NCBI GenBank assembly: GCA_965112155.1
Contig: OZ218105.1
Length of the DNA: 64,000 nucleotides
Strand: one strand, 5' to 3'
Origin: Podarcis liolepis
Taxonomy: Eukaryota
The notes below the pieces were generated by a model. That model worked only from the letters and a program-made list of their open reading frames with translations. It was not told the origin of the DNA and made no database searches. Shown piece by piece: positions 50,771 to 64,000 of this stretch; the first letter of the stretch is position 1; the number at the start of each line of letters is the position of its first letter. A program made the translations under genes and the position numbers.

Positions 50771-51960
50771 AACATTCAGAGTTTCAGACAAAAGACTCTG
50801 ATGTAACTTGTTGTTTGGCTCTTATGGAATTACACATAAGGTTAAAAAAACTGAGGTGACTACAATATATATTCCATCAAATAATGCCAAGTCATACATT
50901 TAAAATAGAAGGTGCTTTGCTTGTTTGTTTTTAAGAATCCCCATGATTAGGAAAGATTGTTGTTTGTTTGTACTGATTAATATGCAGTTTTGAGTAGACA
51001 AATGAAAATATGAATACTCTGGGACTAGTAAAGTAGAACAACTATTAATGAAACAGGAGGAGGAAGGAGGGGGGGATCTTTATTTGCTTTTGAGAAAAAG
51101 GTAATTGGTACATAAAGGAGATCTTGAGTCAAAATCTTTTTTTCTCCACTTGGTTTCAAAGAGAGAAAGCAAGAGATGGTTCAGTGCAGCACACCATGAA
51201 ATCCAGGGAGTCAAGGAGTATGCTTTGGGGATTCTTAAAATCTTTGCATCATTAAAAAAAGAAAACAAAGTCAGCATGCTATAGATGTTTTCCTTGTGTT
51301 AAATTTGATATGTTTTCAGGATAAAGCCACCATTATATTCCATTTTCTTCAGCATTAAGTTTGGTGTTCTTTGTGTTTTTTTTTAAACCAAACAACTATT
51401 GGTTCTCAGGTGGATGTGGACTTGACAACAGAAAAGAGTTTTTTTAAGTTTACAACAGATCAAGGAGAGCAGTAGCAAGTGAACTTACTAAATTTCTTTT
51501 TCGTGGCAAACAAATCTGAAGAAATGCATACCACACGGAAGCAAAAATGAATATTCACAGCGGGTGCTATCCAACAGTCATGATCAGAGTAGACCTATTT
51601 AAACCAATGAACCTAAGAAACTATTGTTTTCACTGGGTCTACTCTGTAAAGTATTAGCACTAATGTTATGCATCTGCATGGTGCCATTTTGTAGATAAAC
51701 GAAATACTTATCTTCAGATTGATCTTCCACAACTGGAAAGGAAGGTCTACCTAGTGTATTCCATAAGTATGTGCTGTGCAAAGATGTCCTGAATCTCCCA
51801 CCACTCAATTTCTTTGGATGATCCTCAATCAAATATTATGGGGGGGGGATTATTGATCCATCTCCACCACACTATGCATAACAGGATAAATTTCCACCAT
51901 GTCCTTCCTTACCCACATTTTCCCACCTAAGTTTAAAAGCCCTGAGCATGGATGGATATA

Positions 51961-52185
51961 CAGTGGTATCTTGGGTTATAAAAACTTCAGGTTACATACA
52001 CTTCAGGTTACAGACTCCACTAACCCAGAAATATTACCTCGGGTTATGAACTTTGCTTCAGGATGAGAACAGAAATCATGCAGTGGTGGCGCAGTGGCAG
52101 CAGGAGGCCCCATTAGCTAAAGTGGAGCTTCAGGTTAAGAACAGACCTCCAGAACAAATTAAGTTCTTAACCCAAGGTACCACTG
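51961..52185 (-). mobile_element. Tigger/pogo-like MITE, reverse copy
   Basis: Reverse complement of the 47202 family. TA TSD. Confidence 0.93.
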
Positions 52186-52332
52186 TATTTCAATGGTCAC
52201 TTAAATGATACCCTACAGCCTTTTTATATACCAGTAGAAGGGTTCCTTAGATAGCACTAATGAAAGCATTGAAATGCCCTGGCAAGCATTATCAAGTGCC
52301 TGTTGAATAGTCACCTTTTGCAACAAACCCTT

Positions 52333-52656
52333 GGCACATGCCTTAGTTGTAAAGCACATACTCTGCATGCAAAAGAGTCCAGGTAAAATCCCTCACATTT
52401 TCATTTTAAATGATTAGGTAGTAGATGGTAAGATATCTGGAAACCTTGAGAGCTGTAACCATTTGAAACAGACCAGGGGTGGGGAATCTGCTTTCCTGCA
52501 GATGTTCATCAGCTCCAGCCAGCTTGGCCAATGGTCAGTGGCGATGGGGTTTGTAGACTAGCAACTCTGCAGGGCCACAGAGGCATCACCCTGGAGCAGA
52601 AAAAGCTGGGGTAGGTAGACAAATAATTTGCCTTGGGACAAAGCAGCTTTCTGCAT
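52333..52656 (+). mobile_element. Old tRNA SINE split by a hAT MITE (52474-52593)
   Basis: Same SINE family as 14886. The insert 'caggggtgggga...caccctg' has decayed 8-bp flanks AAACAGAC / GAGCAGAA. Confidence 0.65.
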
Positions 52657-52779
52657 CCCTAAAGTGGCCATCCTACACCCAGTTATGCACACTGGGACCT
52701 TAGTGCATATAACTAAGCACATTATTATATTCATGCATACATGCCCTTGAATCCTATTGACCAGGAAGGCCTTAGCATA

Positions 52780-53350
52780 ATACTGTGCACACCTAATATT
52801 TCATTACATTCATAATTATCTCTACATTAAAGAACAAGCATACAGTTTGTTCAATCTATGCGGCAGTATTTGCAATAATGTTTTCCGTAACATTATCTGC
52901 TTTTCAAAAATCAAAGTGCTGTAAAAAAACAAAAAATAGAGCAGGAGAAAGGTTAATTTTGATAGCCAAGTATTAGGATGATTTTGCTACAGAATATTCA
53001 TGACTTGTCAAGCAGTCTTAATAAAAATGTATGAATTTATGAATGTAATACAAATCAAGCAGTAACCCTCTTGAAACCTTATTCCAAAAGTACATTTTTG
53101 TTGAAGCAAATAATAATAGGTCATTTTAATATATGACCTTTCCTATTAATCTTCTCTGACCATCAGTTTGACAGCCTAATCAAATCTAACTGTAAGTTTT
53201 TAAAAGTCCTTTATATTAACATCATTATTGTAAATTAGTTCCAAATTGTGTCTTTTCATATTATGAGTGTTCACATTTTCACTGCTCATATTTCTATACT
53301 CTGAAACAGCCATGAATACTCTTTAGAGATCAGTAACCTTCATTATCACC
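52780..53350. promoter_or_regulatory. Candidate conserved non-coding element
   Basis: Repeat-free AT-rich block. AGGTCA-N10-TGACCT at 53118-53139, TGACAG at 53169 and many TAAT cores. Conservation not verified. Confidence 0.4.
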
Positions 53351-54428
53351 ATTGGGGTGAGGGGCAGAGGAAGGTAAATGCAGAAGAAGTGGGGATTCAG
53401 GCTGATGATGGCAGGGCATCATTTCAGACCTAAGCCATAAGGAAGAGTTTCATCTACCCAAGAAAAGTGGTAACCCCAGTGACTCTCATGATTAAATAAT
53501 TACTGAGTGTATTCACTATCCCACACATTGGAAAGCATGGAAGAGACTGGGGTTTTTTTAACAACTTTACAATCCTAACCTTCCCCCCCCCTTACCTGAG
53601 AGTAAGCCTCATTGAAATCCATGGGGTTTATTTCTGATAACACATGTATGGGATTGGAGCAGAAGAGGTTTTAAAATCCAGACAGAGCTAAGTTTACAAA
53701 AGTCACATAGAGTGAACTTATTGTTACTGCCATTCTATATAGAACTGATAATTTTTAAAGTTTTATATTGGAGCCCAATTTTTAAATGGTTTGTGAATTT
53801 GCAGGAAATTCTCCATGGCCAACTCTTTCAAGGTCAACAAGGAAAACGATATAACTTTGTGCAATGAGCATTTTGAAGTCTCATAAGGCTTTCATGTCAG
53901 CCCCATTACTTAAGCAGCTTAAAGCCTATGGCCCAGATTCAGTGTTTTCTGGTCACCAATGCAAGGGCTGTTGTGATAGCAAAGAGGCAACAGTGATGGT
54001 TGTGCAATATGAAAGCTAGTACAATGCTTGCAATAGAGGAAGTTTGTTGTGCAACAGGTGGTGCAATAGGAATTACCAGGGCTACCGCAATCTGTTGTGC
54101 AGCCAGCCACAAAAACCATGGTGGTTTTCTGCACCTTTTATTGCACAAGCCATTCCACTTCTGTGACTAGTACACAAACAAGGGACTTCAATATAGCACT
54201 ATGTTGAGTTCTTCCCTGTGTAAAGCATGATCCAGTGTGAGTGTACTGAAAATGGGCCTGAAAATGATGAAACACAAATGTTCACCTGTTCTGGATTCTT
54301 CTTTGGCGATCACTCATAGCTAAGTAAGATTGTCTTCCATAAACACAGGTTTTAACAATGAGTCCGTAAGTGACTGTGAAGACCAATTCTGGATCCATAC
54401 ATCCTTCCACAGTGGGGACATTGGTTTC

Positions 54429-54571
54429 CAGGCGGGAGTTGATCACGGTGTGGATTTGCCAAGCAAGTTCTGGACTACCATTTCCATCAGTCCTGCCAGC
54501 ATAACTAATGGTGAGGGTTGATGAGAGTTGGAGTCCAGAACATCTGGAGGGCACCACAGTGGCTACTCCAG
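54429..54571. mobile_element. Palindromic hAT MITE, degraded
   Basis: Arms 'gttctggactacc..ttccatca' / 'tgatgagagttggagtccagaac'. Confidence 0.7.
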
Positions 54572-55814
54572 TGTATGGCAGCAACCAGAACTGACTCAGA
54601 TTTGAAAGGGGCAATTATTTGTTTGCGGCCAGACAAAATTCATTACAAAATAGAATTCCTTACAGTAATATGGGTTTTGCACACATTTGATTATTACTTA
54701 TTTTGATTATCACTTTATTATTATATAATCCCTAAAACTGTAAGAATTTTGGGTTTTACCATGGCAAAAATGGAAAGATATTTTATTTCTGCCATTGTAA
54801 ACTGCTTCAAGCTGCTTTGACCAGGTGTTTTTGTCAGGTACTCATAAGAGAGAAGAGCTTCTCAGATGATTAAAATTGTGTTGATCTTGTTTTCTGGCAG
54901 GTTTAACAGAAGGGATCTTTACCAATCAAAATGCAATATTTTGCTTGCCAAAATGCATCAACACGCTCTGCAAAGGGCAATCTTAAAACCATAAAGAACA
55001 TTTAATATTACAGCTAAGACTGTGGCATTTACATTTGCAGTACAGCTCGATTTTACATTTTGTCATGTTACAATGGGGAAACCAAACTCAAGCAACACAA
55101 ACACTTCAGCAGAAAAGCATCAAAGAATATCATTCCTTGATTTCACCAGCCATCTAGTGTTGAAGAGCTTGTTTGTTTTTGATCAGATTTGGCTGATGCA
55201 GGAAGTAAAGGTCTTCCAGAAAAATTTAATATAAGGATGTGAGTCTATAATTTCTGCCAGCATATTTCTTCATATAATATCGAGTTCAAGCTGAAGTCAG
55301 GCACACATGGCATCTTGAACTTCATCCTATCTGTGGGCAGCAAAATTGTGAGGACCATTTCACCAAATATCTTTTGGGAGCGGAGAAATTCCCCATCAGT
55401 TTCTTAGGACAGGGCTCAACATTAGTAGCGGCAGTAGCACAAATCCTTTCTTTTCTCTACATTTGTTATCTCCTACCACTACACATGGCAGCATCAGCAA
55501 CTGTATAGATTGGCTAGTTATAGTACTTAGGCAGATTAAGCATGTATTTAGGGCACCAGCAAAACAGTGACACACACACCAATCTTTATCTGATTTTTTT
55601 TAAGCATAAAAGTAATAAACATGGGGAAAATAAGGAAATTGTTAGACTCCCTTACACTCTTTCCCACACTTCCTTCCCATATTTCTTGTTCTCTTTTTAT
55701 TACTTATCATCACCTAAACCATGGAGCATCTTACTAACATAGATGGAAGTAATGTGAGGAAACCAGATCCTGTCTTATGTTGCAATGAATCTATGTTTTA
55801 TTATTGATTATTTA

Positions 55815-55988
55815 CAGTATTTTTTGCTCTATAAGACTCACTTTTTCCCTCCTAAAAAGGGGAAATGTGTGTGCGTCTTATGGAGCGAATGCAGGCTGCG
55901 CAGCTATCCCAGAAGCCAGAACAGCAAGAGGGATCGCTGCTTTTCCTCCTCCAAAAACTAGGTGCGTCTTATAGAGTGAAAAATACGG
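55815..55988. mobile_element. Tc2/pogo-like MITE, internally deleted
   Basis: TIR 'cagtattttttgctctataagactcac' / 'gtgcgtcttatagagtgaaaaatacgg'. TA TSD. Confidence 0.88.
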
Positions 55989-56123
55989 TATATTGTTATG
56001 GGTTTGCAAGGGGCAAGGGTCCCCTAAGATTCCCGGATGCCACGGTCAAGGCTTGCTGCTTCTGTGTTTTTACTACTCTCCACTTTCCTTGGAGCTCACT
56101 GCACATGGGCCCATAAGGCACAC

Positions 56124-56165
<42 letters not shown>
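56124..56165. repeat. (TAT)n microsatellite
   Basis: Trimer run. Confidence 0.97.
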
Positions 56166-56209
56166 GTGTGTGCATGAAGAAGAATGAATCGTAACTCAGA
56201 AGAATATAT

Positions 56210-56913
56210 TGTTACATGCCAACCCCAGTCTCTGCTAAGTGGTAGCAACAGTGCTTTTTTCCTGGGAGTACACAGGGGTATGCATACCCCTAAACATTTT
56301 GTGAAACTACGTTTGGCCTCATTGAGGGGCAGTATTTCAATATGAGTAGGAAAATGAGAGGACCCCTATACATTATTGGGGGGGGGAATCACTGGGTAGC
56401 AAGATTCCAGGAGGTTCAAGACGCTCATTCAGCATTGTGTTTCCATTGGGAAAGCAAGGCACAGAGGAGTTTAGAGTCTTAGAAATATGGTTTGTTCACA
56501 CATATTCACACCTAAAGCCTTCAATGGAGGGGAGGTACAGAACATTATGCCCAAAGTGTGTCCCTCATTGTTCCTCTCATAGCTTCAGCAAGCTTGGGTC
56601 TAAAGCAGCAGTCAGTCATTGCCCCCTGTCTCTCAGTGCAGCCTCTTCCTGCCAACACTGCATGTTCTGCCTACTTCCTTCTCCTCCTTTTCAGCAGCCT
56701 TTGCAGAAAACAGCTCCTCCTCTTCCACTTCCAACAACCCTGCTGTCACCCTGGCAACCTCCATTTCAAAAACCTCCTGCACAAAGCACTTCCCCTGTGG
56801 TGACATCACCACAGAAAATCCTGGCAGCTCCAGCCATTCTTGTCTGATGCTGAATGTTTCACCATGAGGCGACTTCCTCAATATCAAGCAAACGGTTGGC
56901 ATAATTCCTGACA
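56210..56913 (-). mobile_element. Probable solo LTR interrupted by a hAT MITE
   Basis: Minus strand begins TGTCAGG and ends TGTAACA, with a purine-rich body like 48004-48517. No TSD match. Confidence 0.5.
56249..56394 (+). mobile_element. hAT MITE
   Basis: CAGTG...CACTG ends. Perfect 8-bp TSD GGTAGCAA. Homolog of 30693-30844. Confidence 0.93.
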
Positions 56914-58339
56914 GAAGTGTTAGAAGATTATATTAATATCCCAAGGGATGGTGTGCTGTGCACTATTTCAAATATCTCTATGGAGTATTCAGCCATTTTG
57001 CAGACACGTTCTTGCGTTTGAATCTTCAATAATAAATAATAGTTAAATGGTTTTAACAGGACAACAAAAATGCAGAAGTCTTAGAAAATGCATGCTTAAA
57101 ATATAATTTTAAGCAGAGCAAAATAGATGAGACTCTGCCTGTGAAAGGTGAGAACATCACTTTGTTCTGCAAAGGATTTGTTTCTACTGTTGCAATAGCA
57201 TTTGGAAATATCAAGGCCATTAAAAAATCTATACTTTGAAAACTCTAATTTTGGAGAACTTTAACATTTTTTAAAAATGATCATATGAAAAATCAAACTC
57301 TTTTTTTTCAAGAAATAAAGGAAAGCTTATAAAAACAGACCATAGGTGCTTTCCATTGATTTAGAATTTTCCTTGGAGGAACGTCCATCTTCACTTGTTT
57401 GCATAGGTAGTGGCATGCTTAATTATGCTGAGACTCAAAAGTAAGTAACACAGCTGTGTCTATGCATATGTTTATAGTTTGAAATGCTGCCTTTCATAAT
57501 TGTCTTTGTAAGGAAAGGGAGTGGGATAGGGCTGTTAGGAAATTTCCTTGTGGCTGGCAAAATGCCTTTCACACACTAATGATTATCAAGCTTCACAAAG
57601 GAAATACTGAAACATGATCTTTTTGCAGGCAAATGTGCATTTGGGTAATAGAAATGATTCTGAGCTCAAAAACACAAAAGACTGCATTCGGAGCCTGAGA
57701 AAGTATCAGTAAATGCCCTGAAAATGCCATTTCTGTCTAAGATCATTTGTTGATTTCATGATGCATTTGGACATATCATCACAATGATGACAAAAAGACT
57801 ACCTTTGACCACTTGGAGATTGGATAATTAAAAAGGACAGAAATTTGATGCATGCAGATGCAATCTTATGGTCCCCAAGAGGGCATTCCATGGGCTATGG
57901 GGTTTTTCAGATCTTCGTCTCTGAGGGTAGAAATCTGACCTTGTGTGCCTCATCCATGAAGCCACAGAAAGGTCTACAGCCAGTGCCCCAACAATGACAA
58001 AGTTCTGATGTGTCAGGAAAGGCTGTAGAGCTACAGGATCCAAAGCCACCCCATTCCCCCTACATTCTGCAGACAACAGAAGCTAACCTAGTTTATTTAT
58101 TTCCTTGTCAGCTTCAAAAAAGAAAGGCGGGGGAGCCAAAGGAAAAACACATCCCCCAACTTCACCCTTGCCTGTTCAACCCTCTAGGACATTGGGGGGG
58201 GGGAGAAGTTTATCCAACTTCAGTTCTCTGCCTACTCATTTGGATTTCTCCATTAATCACTAGTAAATGTCACGTGTAAATACATATGGGTGGTCTTTAA
58301 ACAAGCTGCATAAGAAGAATTTGAGTCTTGCACTTCTGC

Positions 58340-58675
58340 CATATAAGGCTATGAACAGCCAAATAACATTGGTCCATCAATCTCACTCATTGTATTGCCT
58401 ACTCTGACTGGCCATGGCTCTCCAAGGTCTCCAGCAAGGGTCTTCTTTAGCCTTGGTACCTGAGATCTTTAGCCAGCCTTTCTCAATCTGTTGCCCTCCA
58501 GAAGTTTTGGACTACATCTCTAATGAGCCCCAGCCAGCAGGGCAAGTAATCGGGGATTATGGGACTTGTAGTTCACAGCAGTAGAGGTCACCTGGCTGAG
58601 AAAAAGTGTTTTTCATGGCAATGAGTGGTTTGAATTTGGAGTCATCTGCATTCAAAGCATGAACTTCAGTCCCTA
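58340..58675 (-). mobile_element. Old tRNA SINE split by a hAT MITE (~58474-58608)
   Basis: Reverse of the 14886-type SINE ('ctgactggccatggctctccaaggtct'), with the palindromic MITE core inside. Confidence 0.6.
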
Positions 58676-61600
58676 TAATATGTTAACCACTTCCTTCAGT
58701 TATTTTGGAGAGAAGTCAAAATATCAGGTGGTATCTAGTAAAGCTTTATCCTGATTTATTCTTATGGTTATTATAATTCCTATACAACATGCCCATGACA
58801 TTTCTCCTTTGATGTATATGTATGACTTTATTTGGGTGGGTGTGTATCTTTTGCCCACAAATTAAACACATAATTAAATATACCAAAGCTAAGCAATTTC
58901 TTTGTTATAATTATAGAGAAATCTCATGCAGAAAATGTCAGCATGTTTGAATTAGATTAACAGCTGCAAAAGGGTTGCTAACAAATTTGCATTACAGAAG
59001 GACAGTTTTATAATGATATAAATAGTTACAGATGTATTAATTTAAAGTCCACTAAAGTTGAGACATTTTAAGTCTCATTTTATGACAGAGAATCATCTGC
59101 AGCAATTTGGAAAGAAAAAGCAAAATCGCTTCTCATCAGCAGCGAAAATTGTTTAATGGATTTCAGCTTTGAGATTCCCACTCCCCCTCAAGAGTTTTAT
59201 CTTAGCATAAAATTAGATAGGATAAGGTCAGGGGAGATCTGTGTGGCAGTTGTCATTCCTGTTGTGTTTCACGAGGTAGCCCTGTGAATGATGTGATATT
59301 TTGTTTTGGCAATTCGGGTAAACAAAGGTGTATGTACGGAAGAGGTGACATATGGAGACAATAATATTAGACAGGTTTAAAAACAGCTCATTTTAAAATA
59401 TGCTTCCATTTCTTTCCTAGAGAGAGAAAGAAGAATTATCCTTTGACATCACTGAAAGATGAGGAGGTGTGTTAGAGGCCAGAGAAAGTCCATATTCTGC
59501 CACTGTTTAAGAGAGGGATAACTAATCTGCTGTACTAAAGATGCTGTTGGTCTTCAGGTGTCAATCATGCCTGAGTATTAGTGATGCTGTAACCAAGAAG
59601 GTTACAGAACAGAAACATGCTCTGAGTAGTTGTGAGTGTTGTGAGGAGGTTCTATACACCCCCTCCATAATGTTACATGAGATGAAGGTGGACTAACTTG
59701 GTGTACATTTTTATTAACATAGCTTAAGAAAGAAACTATGTTGTGTCAAAGTTGTCCTTTTTTGAAACACCTTATCATGTTGGTATGCTGATCCTACAAA
59801 GCTATGGACCATATAGAATCTGAGCAGCCATGGGGCGAGAGATGCCCCTGAGATTTTCCAATGGAGTGCAAGCTCCAGGCTAGAAGTAGCAGTATCAGTG
59901 CTTTAAAGTGCATCATTTTTCCATTCTGTTCTGAGTTTGATTTAAATAGCTTTTTAAAAAGCCTTTTAAACTAAACTAGTATTAAAATTCGAATGTTAAT
60001 ACTATTTAAATGTGTCTTCTGATGTTCTCTGACAATTTTATTTTTCATTTAAATGTGTCTTTTGAAAAGTTTGAACTTCGGAGAACTGTGCAGCAGCAGA
60101 TGGAGGAGTGAAAACTTGCTCTGTTCCCATGGATCATGTCATATTGTTGAGGAATTTGCAAAAAAAAAAAAAAAAAAAATCAAAATCAGTTCCTCAAGCA
60201 TCATTAGCATGAAGTATCAGCCACAGGTTCATATGAAGGTTTTGCTAACTGAAGAGGTTAAACAGCAATTAATTTTTCTAAACCTTTACTTAAAGCCAAG
60301 ACATTTAATTCTTGGCTAGTTGTTCTGGTTTGGGTCTTCCTGTTGTTGTTGTTTTAAACTGTTTATTGAACTTAGCAATTATATCAGAGTGATCACTTCT
60401 ATGGGTTTTTTGCTCCAGGCCCTATGTGGCACATGCCCGGGATGTAATCTGACAGCCTGTATTTACTGGTGACATTGCCTTCCCCTGCCTTGTCATGTAT
60501 TCAGTATGTGAGATGTCTTAATTGTGCAAGCAAACAACCCCCTCGGGCCAGTGGTACAGCTATTATTCCAAAAACAGCTATATCAGTTTCTTGCCTGATG
60601 TGACAGCTTCCTCCTGAAATTATGTCAGGTTATCATAAAATAATTTGGTAGGACATAGAGGGTTCACTACTGTGTTTTGGAAGTATGTAGGCCTTTCAGT
60701 AGGCTGTGAATGGCGGGGGGATATTCTATAGTATGTTTATTTCTATATTCAGTTAATTAATTTTCAAATGTTCAAGACACCCAACTTAATTAAACAGTGA
60801 ATTTGCACATGCTCATAATGACTGCAGACTGCAAGCACCATCTTAAAAGACATCTCCCATCTTTTTCACACAGGACAGAGTGTGTCCTTTAAGATGGTAC
60901 TGGCTATATCAAACATAGTCATCGTCATCATCGAAAAACAAAAAAAGCAGTCTGTTTCAACACTATAATTAACTCACATACCAGTTTTAGTCAATTAATT
61001 ACCAGATTCATTAACAATAACGCATATGATTAATCAAATAAGTTTACTTTAACTGACAACACCAATCTCTAATAACCATCCTTTTTAAAACACAACAAAT
61101 CAATTTCTAGGTTCAGTAAGAAAGAAAGAAATGAAAGGTGTCTGAAACTCAGATTCAAGTGCCAAAACACAATAGAAGATCCCCACAATCACACTTATAT
61201 CATCATAATCATAATCATCAAATTTATCTACTGATAGATGCCAAAATAGGCCTTCAAGCAGTTCAGGAAATACAAAAAGCAATTGTACAACTTTATTAGA
61301 AGGCACAATAATTTAAAATATGGCATTGAATGCATAATAAAACAATCCCATTAAAACACAGTGATTTAAACAAAGGACTCAGGTCAAGAGATGAAAGAAG
61401 TGCCTGCATAAACAGGAGTATCTCTAAGACCCAATGGAATGCCAATATAGATGTACACATGTAACCAGTGTGTGTGTGACCACAGCTTCCAGGATTGAGC
61501 CTGACACTGTGCACCTTCTGGCCCATCAACCAACATTTGTGCCTGCAACACGTGTGTAAAACTGAATGCGTTTAGCGTTTCCACACAATAAGGACCCCTG

Positions 61601-61717
61601 ATTACAGGGTTTCCAATTGCATTCAGAGCCGATACACTATGGAATCATAGGGATGAATATGGTCTTAAAGTCATCTAGTCTAACACAGAGATGATTTAGG
61701 GGATATTTTGCAGACAT

Positions 61718-62056
61718 GGGGACGTGGGTGGTGCTGTGGGTTAAACTACAGAGCCTAGGACTTGCCGATCAGGTCGGCGGTTCGAATCCCCATGACGGGG
61801 TGAGCTCCCATTGCTCAGTCCCTGCTCCTGCCAACCTAGCAGTTCGAAAGCACGTCAAAGTGCAAGTAGATAAATGGGTATCGATCACTCTGATGGGAAG
61901 GTAAATGGCGTTTCCGTGCGCTGCTCTGGTTCGCCAGAAGCGGCTTAGTCATGACCTTAGCTGTACTCCGGTCCCTCAGCCAATAAAGCGAGATGAGCGC
62001 CACAACCTCAGAGTTGGTCACGACTGGACCTAATGGTCAGGGGTCACCTTTACCTT
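61718..62056 (+). mobile_element. Sauria SINE with a small internal deletion
   Basis: Aligns with 34335-34691. B box and ACCTTT tail. TSD TTGCAGACAT / TTGCACACAT. Confidence 0.96.
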
Positions 62057-63016
62057 TGCACACATAGGCTCTTTTTCCAGATATCATGGAAAGTACACAG
62101 ATGTCAGCAGCAATTCTACTTCTCCCTTCATGCATTGCACGAAGGGGGTTGTTTTAAACATACCTAGTGTCTTCAAGCATCTCAGTTGGAGCAACCATAT
62201 TCTCAAGTCCTCTGACACTTGGAAAATCCAACCCAGTGCCTTAAGAGCAAATAACGGAGGAAAAAATGCAGACAGTATTACATAACATTCATTCTCACAC
62301 ACAAAAATACACAAAGCTTGCTGATATCACTGTCCTCATTCTCAGTACAACTCATTCTTGAGACTGATGGATTAACGTGTGGTTTCTGCAGACTTCCTTC
62401 TAGGTGCCGAATGATCATTACTCATTGCCACACACCAGTGTGTCAAGAGGAAGCGTAATAATTGATTTGAAACTCTACAAGAGACATTAGTCACTGCTAC
62501 GTTAAGTAAGATAGGTAAATACAGCTCCACTTATCAGGGTCTAAAAATGTCACACTTTAACGTGAAGGATCATGTGTTAGAAATTAATAGCCTCCATGTA
62601 AAACAACTTAAGTACACAAGCACTAGCAACACCTTCCCAAGTTCAGCTCACTGCTGGGCTACCACTATTGGCTGCCAAGCTCCCATGGGTGGGTACTGTT
62701 AGGCTAAAACCAAAAACCAAAAAAAAAGACTGCAGCTAGCAGACCGTCACCTCAATTTCCTGACTCCCCACATGTTGAGAAATCAGGATCAGATTGCCTT
62801 CAGACACCTGTTTAGCTAGGATATTCAGACAAGGTCTGAGCCCACAACCATTTACTACACTACACACAAAGATACATTGGGCAGATTCCTTTCCCTAAAT
62901 GTTGCAGCCATAAAAATGTGTTAAAAATAGAAAGAAAGTTTCCAAGCAGGGTGTGAAAAGGCCGTTTTTGTTTTCAGAAATATTCAGAGAGAGAAAGAGA
63001 GAGAGTGTGGTTTGTG

Positions 63017-63019
<3 letters not shown>

Positions 63020-63060
<41 letters not shown>
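63020..63060. repeat. (CT)n(GT)n compound microsatellite
   Basis: Adjacent dinucleotide runs. Confidence 0.95.
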
Positions 63061-63624
63061 CCATGCGCATGCAAGTCTGAAGAAAATGCTTCCCCTTATC
63101 CTTCATTCCACATCCCCTTCCAACTCTCAAAGCAGGAATCAGCAGTGAGCTTCAAAGAAGCTTAAATGTGCAGCTCTGTGTCCACTGTGAGAAGAGGAGG
63201 CTGCACTTGATGGGCCATTGGGTGCAATACAGCAGGCTTTCTTATGTTCTTAAATAAGCAGGGGAGGCTAGCCAACAGAACAATTTTCTAATATGAATGC
63301 AACACTGACGAGTTTTAGTAGGAGAGCAGAGAAAAACCAGCAAATGCCTTTCAAAGGAAACAGTTTGCCAGCATGCTTAAGGTCACATCACTGTGAGTAA
63401 TGTGAAATTTAATGCGGGTGGGTTGGGGGTAATCTTCTTTTTTGCTTCTCCATAACTAAAGAGTATCAAGATTCATACATGCATGCTGCTGAGTGTTTGA
63501 GTCTTTATGTCTCTACTGGGATTCTGCTTGAGCTGCCATGTTTTTCAATGCTTTTCTTGGATATATAGCCCAGTCCACGTTGTTATATTCTGTACAGGCA
63601 TCTGTCAGTGGTTCTTTGGCTGTA

Positions 63625-63690
63625 ATTCCTGCTTTGCAGGGGGCTGGACTAGATGGGTCCCTTCCAACTGTGCAGTTCTATGATTTCATA
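63625..63690 (+). mobile_element. CR1 3' tail stub
   Basis: 'attcctgctttgcagggggctggactagatgggtcccttccaact...ttctatgatt'. Confidence 0.8.
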
Positions 63691-64000
63691 TATACGGCTT
63701 GCACTGCTTGTGTACTGAAGGAGGCGCTCTGTACGCATCTGCTAATAGTCATTGTGTACGCACATGCAACTGCTGACATCATTCATACTGAAAAATCATG
63801 TTCTGAAAATGTAAAGAAAGAAAGAAAATGCAATAAAACATATGACATTTATTTTGTCATCCTTGTCAGAAACATTACAGAGCCTGTGGGAGATTGACAT
63901 TAAAATTTTATTGGGGGAGTCAAACTCATGAATCTCCAGTTCTAGTGCAGCTTATGAGCAGTTAGGAGGCATCTATTGACTGACACCTAAGTGATCACGA

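Noticed and set aside
56437-56902. Acidic or proline-rich ORFs on both strands
   Set aside because: They lie inside a purine-skewed LTR-like relic and have no recognisable homology.

Overview
Eukaryotic, AT-rich, repeat-rich DNA from a squamate reptile, most likely a lacertid lizard. The organism is inferred from Sauria SINEs, Squam3-type SINEs, a Bov-B fragment and CR1/L2/RTE relics. I can support no protein-coding host exon, RNA gene or CRISPR array. The ORFs in the track are chance ORFs, microsatellite read-throughs or decayed retrotransposon pieces. The window looks like a gene desert or large intron in which transposon relics alternate with repeat-free blocks resembling conserved non-coding enhancers. 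Best observations: (1) an intact minimal hammerhead ribozyme in a short Penelope-like insertion (7565-7604, minus); (2) a TSD-bounded non-coding RTE derivative whose 5' end resembles a decayed HDV-like ribozyme (8474-8990); (3) two inverted copies of a chimeric MITE carrying an L2-type 3' tail, one with an exact 6-bp TSD (15277-15659, 18223-18639); (4) a young CpG-rich non-coding element with ~30-bp imperfect inverted ends and no TSD (~29670-30533). Repeat family names come from my recollection of consensus sequences and are not database-verified.
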